DNA of 64,000 nt, taken from the NCBI GenBank assembly GCA_047150005.1, contig AP038806.1, positions 1,952,001 through 2,016,000 on the forward strand. Direction: 5' to 3'. How positions within the stretch are numbered: the first letter of the stretch is position 1; each line of letters opens with the position of its first letter. The notes beneath the pieces are model-generated. The model saw only the letters and a program-made list of their open reading frames with translations. It was not told the origin of the DNA and made no database searches. The translations under genes and the position numbers were made by a program. This DNA comes from Nitrospira sp. Lineage in GTDB: Bacteria; Nitrospirota; Nitrospiria; Nitrospirales; Nitrospiraceae. This document shows positions 9,860 through 20,148 of the stretch, piece after piece.

Positions 9860-10942
9860 ATGACCATCCAAGTCCATCCCGATATCCTGTCGTTGAGCCC
9901 CTATGTGCCGGGTAAACCCATTGAGGAGTTGCAGCGCGAGCTGGGGCTTGAGCGGGTGATCAAACTGGCTTCGAATGAGAATCCCCTCGGGCCCTCGCCG
10001 AAAGCCTTGGCTGTGCTCCATGAGGGCATGGCAACATTGCACCGATATCCCGACGGCGGCGCATTCCGCTTGCGCCAGGCCTTGGCCGATCGGTGGAAGG
10101 TGACCCCCGACCATGTGATCCTCGGCAACGGCTCCGATGAGTTGCTGGGGTTGCTGGCGCGGACGTTCCTGGCGCCGGGCGACGAAGCCGTGATGGCGGA
10201 TCAGACCTTCGTGATCTACAAGATGGAAGTGACGGCTGCGCATGGGAAAGCGGTCACGGTGCCGTTGGCTCAGTGGCGACACGATCTGGAGGCAATGGCG
10301 GCGGCCATGACTCCGCGCACCAGGCTGTTGTTCCTCTGCAACCCGAACAATCCGACCGGGACGATGGTCTCACGTGGAGAGGTTGACCGTCTGCTCTCGC
10401 GCGTACCGGAGCACGTCATCGTCGTCTTCGACGAAGCCTATTTCGAATATGTTCGGAGCGCCGACTTTCCGGATTCGATGGCCTATGTCCGGCAGGGGCG
10501 CAACGCCATCGTTCTGCGCACGTTCTCCAAGATCTATGGCTTGGCCGGCCTACGGATCGGCTACGGTATCACGACGCCGGAGATCACCAATTTGCTCAAC
10601 CGGGTCCGGCCGCCGTTCAACGCCAATAGTCTGGCGCAGCTGGCGGGCTTGGCCGCCTTGGGCGACGATGAGCACGTGGCGAAGAGTCGCGCGGTCAACG
10701 AAAGTGGTATGGAACAGATCAGGAACGGCTTGGTCGCCCTGGGGTGTACGCCGGTGCCGAGCGAGACCAATTTTCTGTATTTTGATGTGAGATGCGACGG
10801 CCGCCGGCTCTTTGAGGCGCTGCTGCGGCAAGGCGTGATCGTTCGTCACATCGAAGGGCAAATGGTGCGCGTGACCGTCGGACAAGCGGAGGAAAACCAG
10901 ATATTCCTGAGCGCGCTCGCACGCGTCTTGAAGACGGGCTGA
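9860..10942 (+). CDS. hisC: Histidinol-phosphate/aromatic aminotransferase
   Basis: KLASNENPLG, YPD, GNGSDE, NPNNPTG, DEAY, RTFSKIYGLAGLRIG. Confidence 0.95.
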   Translation: MTIQVHPDILSLSPYVPGKPIEELQRELGLERVIKLASNENPLGPSPKALAVLHEGMATLHRYPDGGAFRLRQALADRWKVTPDHVILGNGSDELLGLLARTFLAPGDEAVMADQTFVIYKMEVTAAHGKAVTVPLAQWRHDLEAMAAAMTPRTRLLFLCNPNNPTGTMVSRGEVDRLLSRVPEHVIVVFDEAYFEYVRSADFPDSMAYVRQGRNAIVLRTFSKIYGLAGLRIGYGITTPEITNLLNRVRPPFNANSLAQLAGLAALGDDEHVAKSRAVNESGMEQIRNGLVALGCTPVPSETNFLYFDVRCDGRRLFEALLRQGVIVRHIEGQMVRVTVGQAEENQIFLSALARVLKTG

Positions 10943-10960
10943 TTAACACGTGGGGGACCT

Positions 10961-11974
10961 ATGATCATCGTCTTGAGGCCGGACGCATCGGAACGCGAGG
11001 TCGATCACATCGTCGATCGACTTCGGGAATTGGGGCTGAAATCGCAATTGTCGACCGGACAGGAGCGGACCATCATCGGTGTGATCGGCGATGACCGCAT
11101 CCTGCAGAATCAACCGCTGACGGCGCTGCCCGGCGTCGAGAGCGTGCTGCCCATTCTGGCCCCCTGGAAGCTCGTGAGCCGGGAGTTCAAGAAGGACGGT
11201 ACCGTGATCGACGTGGGCGGCGTCAAGATTGGCGGCAACAAGCTCGCGATCATGGCGGGGCCCTGCGCGGTGGAGCGTCTTGAGTTGACGGTCGGGATCG
11301 CGCACGAGGTCAAGGCTGCCGGCGCCAGCATCCTGCGCGGTGGCGCCTACAAGCCGCGGACGTCGCCGTATTCGTTCCAGGGCTTGGGTCGCGAGGGGCT
11401 GGACTACTTGATCGAAGCGCGGAAACAGACGGGGCTGCCGGTCGTGAGCGAGATTTTGGATACCAGAGACATCGAACTCTTTCTGGAAAAGGCCGATATC
11501 ATTCAGATCGGCGCCCGGAACATGCAGAACTTCGAGTTGCTGAAGGAAGTCGGAGCCTATGATAAGCCGGTGCTCCTGAAACGCGGCCTGTCGGCGACAA
11601 TCAAGGAGTTTCTCTTGTCGGCCGAGTACATCATGTCGCGTGGGAACCGCAATGTCATGCTGTGCGAACGAGGCATCAGAACATTCGAGACCCAATACCG
11701 CAATACGCTCGATCTGGCCGCGATTCCGACCCTGAAGGAATTGTCGCATCTGCCGGTCATCGTCGATCCGAGCCACGCGACGGGCAAATGGAATCTTGTG
11801 GCGCCGATGTCCAAGGCCGCAGTGGCGGCCGGTGCCGACGGAATCCTCATCGAGGTGCATTCCAACCCGGAGTGCGCGCTTTGCGACGGCGAGGAGTCGA
11901 TCAAGCCGACCAAGTTCAAAGAGTTGATGCAGGACATGCGAAAAATCGCCGTTGCGGTCGGCCGTGAGCTGTAG
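10961..11974 (+). CDS. aroF: DAHP synthase (type I-beta, N-terminal regulatory domain)
   Basis: AGPCAVE, RGGAYKPRTSPYSFQG, QIGARNMQN, CERGIR, DPSH. Confidence 0.95.
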   Translation: MIIVLRPDASEREVDHIVDRLRELGLKSQLSTGQERTIIGVIGDDRILQNQPLTALPGVESVLPILAPWKLVSREFKKDGTVIDVGGVKIGGNKLAIMAGPCAVERLELTVGIAHEVKAAGASILRGGAYKPRTSPYSFQGLGREGLDYLIEARKQTGLPVVSEILDTRDIELFLEKADIIQIGARNMQNFELLKEVGAYDKPVLLKRGLSATIKEFLLSAEYIMSRGNRNVMLCERGIRTFETQYRNTLDLAAIPTLKELSHLPVIVDPSHATGKWNLVAPMSKAAVAAGADGILIEVHSNPECALCDGEESIKPTKFKELMQDMRKIAVAVGREL

Positions 11975-11978
11975 GTCC

Positions 11979-12875
11979 ATGGCGCTTCATTTTTCACGGG
12001 TTGCGATCATCGGAGTCGGATTGATCGGCGGATCTCTGGGCATGATCCTTCGCAGGAAGGGATTGGCCGGTAGCGTCGTCGGTGTCGGCCGGCGCGTCGA
12101 GAATCTCAAGACGGCCGTTCAGATGGGCGCCATCGATCGCTACGTCGTCGATCCGAAGGATGGGGTTGCCGAGGCCGATGTGGTCGTATTGGCCACGCCG
12201 GTTGATACGTATGAGCGGCACCTGTCGGAGTGGGCGCTCTGCCTGAAGCCGAACGCCATCGTGACCGACGTGGGCAGCGTCAAGGGGGCCCTGGTGGAAC
12301 AGGCGGAACGGGTCTTGCCGCCGGGAGTTCGTTTTGTGGGCGCGCATCCGATCGCAGGCAAAGAGAAGACCGGCGTCGCGGCGGGGTCCGATCGTCTGTT
12401 CGCAGGGGCTCGGTGCATTCTGACCCCGACGTCCAAGACGGACCAGCAGGCGCTGGAGCAGATCAAGGCCATGTGGCAGGAGACCGGCGCGACCGTTCTG
12501 ACTATGGATCCCCATCTGCACGATCAGATCCTCGGCGCAGTCAGCCATCTGCCGCACGTCGCGGCGTTTGCCTTGATGGATGCCCTGATCGAGATTCGGA
12601 GCCGAGTGCCGGGGCTCGATCTGGCCGGTCATTCCGGTGGCGGATTGCGGGATACGACGAGAATCGCCGCGAGTTCCCCGGAGATGTGGCGGGACATTTT
12701 TCTATGGAATCGCGACAACATCGTCACGTTCATTGAAAGCTATGAAGATGCCTTGGGACGGTTGAAAGAGCTGATTCGCGCTGGCGACGCCGCCGGCATC
12801 GAGAAGGCACTGGAACGGGCCAAGCAGGAGCGGGAGCGTTTCCCGGCCCCCGGCGCCGTGGCTCCATCCCCATGA
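11979..12875 (+). CDS. tyrA: Prephenate/arogenate dehydrogenase
   Basis: GVGLIGGS, DVGSVK, HPIAGKE, HD..SHLPH, RDTTRIA. Confidence 0.93.
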   Translation: MALHFSRVAIIGVGLIGGSLGMILRRKGLAGSVVGVGRRVENLKTAVQMGAIDRYVVDPKDGVAEADVVVLATPVDTYERHLSEWALCLKPNAIVTDVGSVKGALVEQAERVLPPGVRFVGAHPIAGKEKTGVAAGSDRLFAGARCILTPTSKTDQQALEQIKAMWQETGATVLTMDPHLHDQILGAVSHLPHVAAFALMDALIEIRSRVPGLDLAGHSGGGLRDTTRIAASSPEMWRDIFLWNRDNIVTFIESYEDALGRLKELIRAGDAAGIEKALERAKQERERFPAPGAVAPSP

Positions 12876-14194
12876 CGACACTCACGGTAAAAGCAGGTCC
12901 TCCGCTCCGAGGCACGATCGCGGTCCCGGGGGACAAGTCGATTACGCATCGTGCGATCATTCTGACCGCGTTGGCCGAGGGCGCAGGTACGATTCGAGAT
13001 TATTGTCGCGGCGAGGATTGTCTCAACACCATGCGGGCGCTGCAGTCGCTCGGGGTCAAGATCGAGGAGACGCCGGAAACGCTTCACGTGCAGGGCAAGG
13101 GGCTCTGGGGCCTGACGGAACCGGGCGGCGTCATCGATTGCGGAAATTCGGGGACCGGGATCCGTCTGCTGGCCGGTTTGTTGGCGGGGCAGGATTTCTT
13201 TACGGTGCTGACGGGCGACGCATCGGTCCGACGACGTCCGATGGGACGCATCGTCAAGCCGCTCCGCGACATGGGCGCCACGATCGCAGGCCGAAAGGGA
13301 GGAGAGCTGGCGCCTCTGGCGGTCACGGGGGGCAAGCTGAGAGGTATCACGTATGCCTCGCCTGTCGCCAGCGCCCAGGTCAAATCTTCGTTGTTGCTTG
13401 CCGCCCTGTTTGCGCAAGGCACGACGCGGATTACGGAGCCGAGAGTCTCCCGAGACCATACGGAGCGCATGTGCCGGTTTTTCGGTGTTCCCCTCAAACA
13501 AGAGGGAACGACGCTGATCGTGGAGGGACGTCCGTCGGTGGGGTGGACCGCGGTTCCAGTCCTCACGGTACCGGGCGATCTGTCCGCCGCGGCGTTTTTC
13601 ATCGTCGGTGCGAGCATCGTTCCGGGCTCGGATGTGCTGTTCACGGGGATCGGAGTGAATCCGACCAGGTCCGGGATCTTGGAGATTCTCACCCGCATGG
13701 GCGCCGACATCCAGTTGCTGCGGCAGAGAGAGGAAGCCGGTGAACCGGTTGCGGACATCAGAGTGAAGGCGGCGCCTTTGCGTGGGGTGACGATCGGACC
13801 TGAGTCCATCCCTCAAACGATCGATGAGTTTCCGATTCTCTTCGTGGCGGCCGCCGTGGCGGAAGGGGAAACGATCATTACTGGAGCCGAAGAGCTGCGC
13901 GTGAAGGAGAGCGACCGGATCGCCGCGATGGCGGCGGAGTTGCGCCGCATGGGCACCAGAATTGCGGAGCGGCCGGACGGCGTGGTGATCCAAGGAACCG
14001 GGCGGACGGGTGAAAACGGTCGGCTTGCGGCGGCCCGAGGGCGGAGTTACGGCGATCACCGAGTGGCGATGTCGCTGGCGATCGCCGGCCTGACGGCCGA
14101 GGCCGAGACGACGATCGACGACGCGGACTGTATCGAGACGTCCTTTCCCGATTTCAGCGGACGGTTGTCGGTCCTGCGAACCGGGAGCCGATAG
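12872..14194 (+). CDS. aroA: EPSP synthase
   Basis: PGDKSITHRA, CGNSGT, RRPM, SAQVKS, RDHTE, RVKESDR, DHRVAM. Confidence 0.97.
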   Translation: MTTLTVKAGPPLRGTIAVPGDKSITHRAIILTALAEGAGTIRDYCRGEDCLNTMRALQSLGVKIEETPETLHVQGKGLWGLTEPGGVIDCGNSGTGIRLLAGLLAGQDFFTVLTGDASVRRRPMGRIVKPLRDMGATIAGRKGGELAPLAVTGGKLRGITYASPVASAQVKSSLLLAALFAQGTTRITEPRVSRDHTERMCRFFGVPLKQEGTTLIVEGRPSVGWTAVPVLTVPGDLSAAAFFIVGASIVPGSDVLFTGIGVNPTRSGILEILTRMGADIQLLRQREEAGEPVADIRVKAAPLRGVTIGPESIPQTIDEFPILFVAAAVAEGETIITGAEELRVKESDRIAAMAAELRRMGTRIAERPDGVVIQGTGRTGENGRLAAARGRSYGDHRVAMSLAIAGLTAEAETTIDDADCIETSFPDFSGRLSVLRTGSR

Positions 14195-14216
14195 GGCGCA
14201 GAAGGAGGAGCGCCGC

Positions 14217-14876
14217 ATGATCGTGGCGATCGACGGACCGGCTGGGGTGGGCAAGAGTACGGTGGCCAAGTTGTTGGCCGGGCGGCTGAAGTATCTGTAC
14301 TTGGATACAGGTGCGTTGTATCGGGCGGTGGCCTGGACGGTCCTGCAGCACGGCGTCGATATGACGGATCAGGAGGCAGTCGCGGCGTTGTTGCCCTTGA
14401 CGTCCTTGAAGATGGAGTTCGAGAACGAGATGGTTGTCGTACGCGTCAATGGAACGGATGTGACCGGGCACCTCCGAAGTCCTGCCGTGTCGGCCGCCGC
14501 CTCGGTCGTGTCGGCTATTCCGGCCGTTCGCGCCTGGCTGTTGCCGGTTCAGCGGCGCATCGGGGAGAAGGGTTCCGTCGTGGCCGAAGGGCGCGACATC
14601 GGAACCAAGGTGTTTCCTTCCGCTGGCGTAAAATTTTTTCTGGAGGCGGATGCAACGGTGCGGGCCGAGCGACGGCATCGGGAATTGGTGGCGGCCGGGC
14701 ATTCCCGGGAGATCGAACAGACCAGCGCCGAGATGGCGGGACGCGACAGCAGAGATCGGAGCCGCACGGTGGCTCCCCTGGTCCCAGCAGAGGATGCGCA
14801 CCACATCGATACCTCTAGATTGTCGGCAGCAGAGGTGGTCGATCGGATGATGGGTATCATTGCGGCAAAGTTGTGA
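14217..14876 (+). CDS. cmk: Cytidylate kinase
   Basis: IDGPAGVGKST, DTGALYR, EGRDIGT, RD..D..R..APL. Confidence 0.96.
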   Translation: MIVAIDGPAGVGKSTVAKLLAGRLKYLYLDTGALYRAVAWTVLQHGVDMTDQEAVAALLPLTSLKMEFENEMVVVRVNGTDVTGHLRSPAVSAAASVVSAIPAVRAWLLPVQRRIGEKGSVVAEGRDIGTKVFPSAGVKFFLEADATVRAERRHRELVAAGHSREIEQTSAEMAGRDSRDRSRTVAPLVPAEDAHHIDTSRLSAAEVVDRMMGIIAAKL

Positions 14877-15526
14877 GTTCGGTGGTGTATTGGGTGCTCT
14901 GGGGCCTGACGAGGGTCGTCGGCTGGAGTCTTCTCGGATACCGGGTCGAGGGGACGGTTCCCCGCCGGGGCGGGATGCTAATTGCGGCGAACCACGCGAG
15001 TTATGCGGACATCCCGTTGCTCGGGTGCGGGATGTCTCGACGGGCATGGTACCTGGGGCGGAGCGATCTGTTCGTGCCCGGCGTGAAGGAGCTTCTGCAA
15101 TGGCTTGGATGGATTCCGCTGAAGCTCGGGCGATTGGATCGCCGAGCCTTTGACACAGCGGTGGGGTTGATCCAGAAGGGCAAGGTCGTGGTGATATTCC
15201 CGGAGGGGGGCCGAACCCTCACCGGACAGCTTCGGGAGGCGAAGCCGGGATTGGGCATGATCGTGGCGCAGACAGGGTGCCCGGTCGTCCCGGCGTACTT
15301 GAAGGGCACCTATGAGGTGTTGCCTCCCGGGACGACGCGCCCCCGACGTCACCTCGTGACCGTGCGGTTCGGGGAGCCGATGACGTTCGGCCGTCCTACC
15401 GACGGCGTGGACACGAAACAGTTTTATCGGCATGTGAGTCGAACAGTGATGGAAAGGATCGCGGCGCTCGGAGGGGTGGAACCTCCGGGCCATGGTCCGG
15501 CAGCCGGAGCGCGCCAGGCTGAGTGA
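14873..15526 (+). CDS. plsC: 1-acyl-sn-glycerol-3-phosphate acyltransferase
   Basis: NHASYAD (HX4D), FPEGGR. Confidence 0.9.
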   Translation: MSSVVYWVLWGLTRVVGWSLLGYRVEGTVPRRGGMLIAANHASYADIPLLGCGMSRRAWYLGRSDLFVPGVKELLQWLGWIPLKLGRLDRRAFDTAVGLIQKGKVVVIFPEGGRTLTGQLREAKPGLGMIVAQTGCPVVPAYLKGTYEVLPPGTTRPRRHLVTVRFGEPMTFGRPTDGVDTKQFYRHVSRTVMERIAALGGVEPPGHGPAAGARQAE

Positions 15527-15582
15527 GCTCCGGTGATTATGCATATCAGCACCGACGGTCGTCGGGAGAGTAGGATAGACCC

Positions 15583-17298
15583 ATGAATACGGTTTCGAAA
15601 TCGAGTGAACAGCAGTTGGACCGCGACGCCTTGGCGGCGTTGTACGAAGAAACGTTCAAGAATCTCGAAGAGGGGACCATTACGGAGGGCCGTGTCGTCG
15701 CCCTCACGAAGGACAAGGTGGTCGTCGACATCGGCTACAAGTCCGAGGGGATGATTCCGAGCGATCAGTTTGCGGCGGAAGAGCTGCAGCAGCTCAAGAT
15801 CGGTGACCGCCTTCAAGTCTACATCGAGGAGTGCGAGGATGCGGACGGCAATCTCGTCTTGTCCAAAGAAAAAGCCGACAAGATGAAGATTTGGGAGGAA
15901 TTGGAGAAGTTATACAAGGAGGAAAAGAGCATCGACGGCAAGGTGGTCTCCCGGATCAAGGGGGGCATGATGGTGGACATCGGGGTGAAGGCCTTTCTGC
16001 CCGGTTCTCAGATCGATCTCCATCCGGTGCGCGACCTCGATGGATTGGTCGGCCGCACGTTTCCCATGAAGATCATCAAGATCAACCATCGTCGCGGCAA
16101 CGTGGTGGTGTCCCGGCGCGTGCTATTGGAGGAAACGAGAGACAAGAAGCGACAATCCACCCTTGCGACGCTCAAGGAGGGCCAGCTGATTCAGGGAATG
16201 GTCAAGAACATCACCGACTACGGCGCCTTCATTGACCTGGGTGGAATCGACGGGTTGCTGCACATCACCGATATGTCCTGGGGACGGGTGGGCCATCCCT
16301 CGGAAATGTTCAACGTGGGGGATCGGGTCGAGGTGAGCGTGCTGAAGTATGATCGGGAGACCGGCCGCATCTCGCTCGGTCTGAAGCAGAAGTCGGCCGA
16401 TCCTTGGACGAACGTCGCCGGCAAATATCCGATCGGCACGCGCGTGCGCGGCAAGGTTGTGAGCCTGACGGACTACGGCGCCTTCGTGGAACTCGAGCCG
16501 GGCGTGGAGGGGCTGGTGCACGTGTCGGAAATGTCATGGACTCACGAGGTGCGGCACCCGTCGCGTGTCGTGGCGATCGGAGACCAGGTCGAAGCGGCGG
16601 TGCTGAACGTGGATCCTGCCAGCCGGAAGATTTCGCTCGGCATGAAGCAGACCGCCCCTAATCCATGGGACATGGTGGAAAGTAAATATCCGATCGGAAC
16701 CAGGATCGAGGGAAAGGTCAAGAGCCTCACCGATTTCGGGGCGTTCGTCGGTCTGGACGAAGGTATCGACGGCTTGATCCACATCTCCGACATGTCCTGG
16801 ACCAAGCATATCAAGCATCCGTCCGAGTTGTTCAAGAAGGGTCAGAAGGTGGAAGCGGTCGTGCTTCGGATCGACAAGGAGAAGGAGCGACTTTCACTCG
16901 GCTATAAACAGCTGAGCCGTGACCCGTGGGACGACGAAATTCCCGGCCGCTACCGGGTGGGGGATTCCACAAGCGGGAAGGTCAGCAAGGTCGCAGACTT
17001 CGGGATCTTCGTCGAGTTGGAGGGTGGAGTCGAAGGGTTGATCCATGTCAGCGAGGCTGGACTCGATCCGAGCGCCAAACTCGAGGAGAAGTTCAAGCTG
17101 CAGGATGAAGTCGTGGCCAAGATCATCAAGGTGGATCGTGATGAGCGAAAAATCGCTCTGAGTCTTCGCGACCATCAGCTGGATTCGGAGCGCCGGCACG
17201 TGGACGAATATCATGCGGCCCAGGGGGCGCCGGATCAGAGTCTGGGACGGGCGGCCAAACAGAGCCGGAAGCGGGCCGCGGAGGACGACGAGAAGTAG
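15583..17298 (+). CDS. rpsA: 30S ribosomal protein S1
   Basis: Six S1 repeats (DYGAFIDLGGIDGLLHI, DYGAFVEL..GVEGLVHVSE, etc.). Confidence 0.98.
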   Translation: MNTVSKSSEQQLDRDALAALYEETFKNLEEGTITEGRVVALTKDKVVVDIGYKSEGMIPSDQFAAEELQQLKIGDRLQVYIEECEDADGNLVLSKEKADKMKIWEELEKLYKEEKSIDGKVVSRIKGGMMVDIGVKAFLPGSQIDLHPVRDLDGLVGRTFPMKIIKINHRRGNVVVSRRVLLEETRDKKRQSTLATLKEGQLIQGMVKNITDYGAFIDLGGIDGLLHITDMSWGRVGHPSEMFNVGDRVEVSVLKYDRETGRISLGLKQKSADPWTNVAGKYPIGTRVRGKVVSLTDYGAFVELEPGVEGLVHVSEMSWTHEVRHPSRVVAIGDQVEAAVLNVDPASRKISLGMKQTAPNPWDMVESKYPIGTRIEGKVKSLTDFGAFVGLDEGIDGLIHISDMSWTKHIKHPSELFKKGQKVEAVVLRIDKEKERLSLGYKQLSRDPWDDEIPGRYRVGDSTSGKVSKVADFGIFVELEGGVEGLIHVSEAGLDPSAKLEEKFKLQDEVVAKIIKVDRDERKIALSLRDHQLDSERRHVDEYHAAQGAPDQSLGRAAKQSRKRAAEDDEK

Positions 17299-17310
17299 CT
17301 CACGATTGGC

Positions 17311-17337
17311 GCGGCGCCGCGATCCTCGCGGCGCCGC
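17311..17337 (+). terminator. GC-rich hairpin after rpsA (no U-tract; weak terminator or stabilising stem)
   Basis: GCGGCGCCGCGA-tcc-TCGCGGCGCCGC, perfect 12-bp stem. Confidence 0.45.
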
Positions 17338-17346
17338 AGACCGTGA

Positions 17347-18264
17347 GTGATACAAATGAGTGACACGATGGACCAGGGCTCAACGGCGAATGTAGGCAAG
17401 TGGCCCCTGAAGCGGAAAATCTTCTGGGGAGTTCTCGCGGTGATGGGGGTGATGCTCTTCATCAATATCTTTTTTCCGGATCTCGACTTTTCGACGGAAG
17501 ACCGGATCGCGCTCGTGCGCGTGGAAGGCGTCATCTTGGATTCACAATCGACGGTCACCGAACTCAAGCGCTTCGGAGAGAATCCTTCCGTCAAGGCCAT
17601 CGTGTTACGGATCGACAGTCCCGGCGGCGGCGTCGTCCCTTCACAGGAGATTTATGACGCCGTCCAGCGTGTGCGGAACAAGAACAGCAAAGCCGTCATC
17701 GCCTCCATGGGAACGGTTGCCGCGTCAGGCGGCTATTACATCGCGTCGGCGACGGACCGGATCATCGCCAACCCCGGGACGTTGACGGGTAGCATCGGGG
17801 TGATCATGGAAACGGCGAACGTCGAAGGCCTGTTGAAAAAGATCGGGGTTGAGGGGATCGTCGTCAAGAGCGGGAAATTCAAGGACGTGGGGTCTCCGCT
17901 GCGCAGAATGAGTGATGAAGAACGCGCGTTGCTGCAGTCCGTGATGGACGACGTGCACAAGCAATTTATCGATGCGGTGGCTGCGGGACGTGCGATGGAG
18001 CCTGCGGCGGTTCAAGCGCTTGCGGATGGCCGGATTTTCACAGGGCGTCAGGCCAAGGAGGCCAAGCTGGTCGATGAATTGGGCAATCTCGAGGACGCCA
18101 TTCAATTGGCTGCGGATTTGGTCGGCATTGAAGGTGAACCGAGAGTGGTTGAGCCGCGCCGGCGGTTTTCGATCAGAGAATTGATCGAATCCCGGCTTAC
18201 GGCGGTGTTGCCCAGGCTGGACTTCTATTCGGGGGTCAGTCTGAAGTACCTGATGGCGTTTTAA
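17347..18264 (+). CDS. sppA: Signal peptide peptidase SppA (S49)
   Basis: LRIDSPGGG, AASGGYYIA, TGSIGV, KSGKFKD; N-terminal TM; start may be 17356 or 17368. Confidence 0.93.
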   Translation: MIQMSDTMDQGSTANVGKWPLKRKIFWGVLAVMGVMLFINIFFPDLDFSTEDRIALVRVEGVILDSQSTVTELKRFGENPSVKAIVLRIDSPGGGVVPSQEIYDAVQRVRNKNSKAVIASMGTVAASGGYYIASATDRIIANPGTLTGSIGVIMETANVEGLLKKIGVEGIVVKSGKFKDVGSPLRRMSDEERALLQSVMDDVHKQFIDAVAAGRAMEPAAVQALADGRIFTGRQAKEAKLVDELGNLEDAIQLAADLVGIEGEPRVVEPRRRFSIRELIESRLTAVLPRLDFYSGVSLKYLMAF

Positions 18265-18311
18265 CGCGGCCGATATAGCGACGCCGTATCGAAGCGAAAG
18301 GGGAATCGGAT

Positions 18312-18590
18312 ATGACGAAAGCCCAAATCATTGAACGGGTCTCCGAGCAGGTGACGACCTTGACGAAGCGGCAGGCCGAAATCGTCGTCAACACGATATT
18401 CGACTGTGTACGAGACTCCTTGAAAAACGGCGACAAAACAGAAATCCGCGGGTTTGGGAGCTTTCGCCTCAGGGCTCGGCGCATGAAGGAAGGCCGTAAC
18501 CCGAAGACCGGAGCGACGGTGGCCGTGCCCGCCAAGAAAGTGCCGTTCTTCAAGGCCGGCAAGGAACTCAAAGAACTGCTTAATCAGTAG
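18312..18590 (+). CDS. ihfB: Integration host factor subunit beta (HU/IHF family)
   Basis: EIRGFGSF, GRNPKTG, VPFFKAGKEL; follows rpsA-sppA as ihfB typically does. Confidence 0.88.
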   Translation: MTKAQIIERVSEQVTTLTKRQAEIVVNTIFDCVRDSLKNGDKTEIRGFGSFRLRARRMKEGRNPKTGATVAVPAKKVPFFKAGKELKELLNQ

Positions 18591-18602
18591 GGAGTACAAT
18601 CC

Positions 18603-19604
18603 ATGAGCGCACCGGATGCCGACGATATCGCTGTGACCGATGTACGCTGGACCGACGGCGCATTGAAGCGCATGGATCGCGCCCCGGTGTTCCTTCGGGG
18701 CATGGTCCGCCGCCTCGCCGAAAAGAAGGCCAGGGAGCTGGGTCTGGCGGAAATTACGGAAACCACGCTGGATCAGTTCAAGAATCAGATGATGGGGCGA
18801 ATGGGCGGCGAATCGGGAATGGCCGATGCTGCTGCCCAGATGGAACAGGGGCAGCTGCCTTGGACTGCTGCGGCCAAGGAGCGGCTGAATACCGTTCCGG
18901 AGTTCATGCGGGCCATGATCAAGCAGATCGCGGAGGAGGTCGCCAGGGAAGGGGGGCACCTTGAGGTCAACATCGACCTATTCGAAAAGGTCGAAGCGCT
19001 GGGAGACATGCGCGAGAGCACCGCGGCTGCCTTGCCCTGGACGGAGGAGGCTCTGGCCGCACTCCATGAGAAGGTCAAGCAGTCGCCTCCGATCGCCGTC
19101 GAGTTCGTGACCGACATGCTGAAACATGATACCGAAGATCTCGCGCGAGAGAAGGGCCTCACCCAGATTACAGGCGATGTTCTCAAAGATTTATGGGATG
19201 GGCCACAGGAACGGGTTGCCTGGACCGACGAGGCTTGGAAGCGGTTGCAGACGTCACCGGACTTCGTCCGGAGCGGAATTCGCAAAGCCGCGGAACGACG
19301 AGCCAGAAAATTGGGACTCAAGGAAATCGACTCGGACCACCTCACGACATTTCGCAATCAGGCAATGATGAAGGCGGTCAAACGCATCCGCTCATTCGGC
19401 TACAACGAATTGACCTTCGACGCATTCGACACGGCGCTGGAGAAGACGAAACGTCTCAGGGGAAATGAACAAGCTGAATTACGGCTCAAAGAAATCCGAG
19501 GGCATTTTGCCGATCCGGAAACCAAGAAGCCCGAAGGCGGAACGCTTGGAGCCGAGTTGATGGACCGCTTTCGACGGTATCTCAAAGGGGAGGGCACGCT
19601 CTGA
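18603..19604 (+). CDS. Protein of tandem PCP_red-like repeats
   Basis: Repeats WTDGALKRMDRAPVFLR, WTAAAKERLNTVPEFMR, WTEEALAAL.., WTDEAWKRLQTSPDFVR. Confidence 0.8.
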   Translation: MSAPDADDIAVTDVRWTDGALKRMDRAPVFLRGMVRRLAEKKARELGLAEITETTLDQFKNQMMGRMGGESGMADAAAQMEQGQLPWTAAAKERLNTVPEFMRAMIKQIAEEVAREGGHLEVNIDLFEKVEALGDMRESTAAALPWTEEALAALHEKVKQSPPIAVEFVTDMLKHDTEDLAREKGLTQITGDVLKDLWDGPQERVAWTDEAWKRLQTSPDFVRSGIRKAAERRARKLGLKEIDSDHLTTFRNQAMMKAVKRIRSFGYNELTFDAFDTALEKTKRLRGNEQAELRLKEIRGHFADPETKKPEGGTLGAELMDRFRRYLKGEGTL

Positions 19605-19619
19605 AGGAGCGTGCCCTCC
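19589..19619 (+). terminator. Hairpin overlapping the stop codon between convergent genes
   Basis: GGAGGGCACGCTC-tgaag-GAGCGTGCCCTCC, 13-bp perfect stem. Confidence 0.55.
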
Positions 19620-19715
19620 TCTTCCCGAGCGGCTCTGGACCGCGCGGGGTTGCCGAACGGCGCCCCCGTGCGAGAGCGGAAACCAGAGCAGAGTCGGTGA
19701 CTTGTTGGGGCAAGT

Positions 19716-20036
19716 TCAGGTCGTAGCGGCCTGTTTGGGCCAAAACTTGTGGCGGATCTGCGGCAGCGGCTCGTTGTCGAAGTTCGGGATGTCGTAAAGG
19801 CAGCGGTCAATCAGCGCCACTTCCTCTTCGGTTAACTCGAGCGTCACGCGTTTCTTCCAGAACTGGTCGAGGGTAAAGTAATCTCCGGACTGAGGTTTCT
19901 CCGCCAGAAAGGCCTTCATTTTCACGAACCCTGCGGTATCTACTCCGGAAATGCGGCCCTTGTTTCGATCGTGACACCAGTGCAGGACCTCGGCGATACC
20001 ATACATAGTGATGTCGACTTTCACGGTCTTACTCAT
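19716..20036 (-). CDS. Hypothetical protein
   Basis: Strong SD AAGGAGGAG before the ATG; normal protein composition. Confidence 0.75.
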   Translation of the reverse strand: MSKTVKVDITMYGIAEVLHWCHDRNKGRISGVDTAGFVKMKAFLAEKPQSGDYFTLDQFWKKRVTLELTEEEVALIDRCLYDIPNFDNEPLPQIRHKFWPKQAATT

Positions 20037-20148
20037 GGTGCTCCTCCTTGGAAGGGTAGTAGTCTACCCCAGGTGACGTCCCATTTTCAAAGCCTTTGAG
20101 CAGTGGGCCCGGTTATTGTGGCGGCATCATCCGCTGCATCCGGAATGA

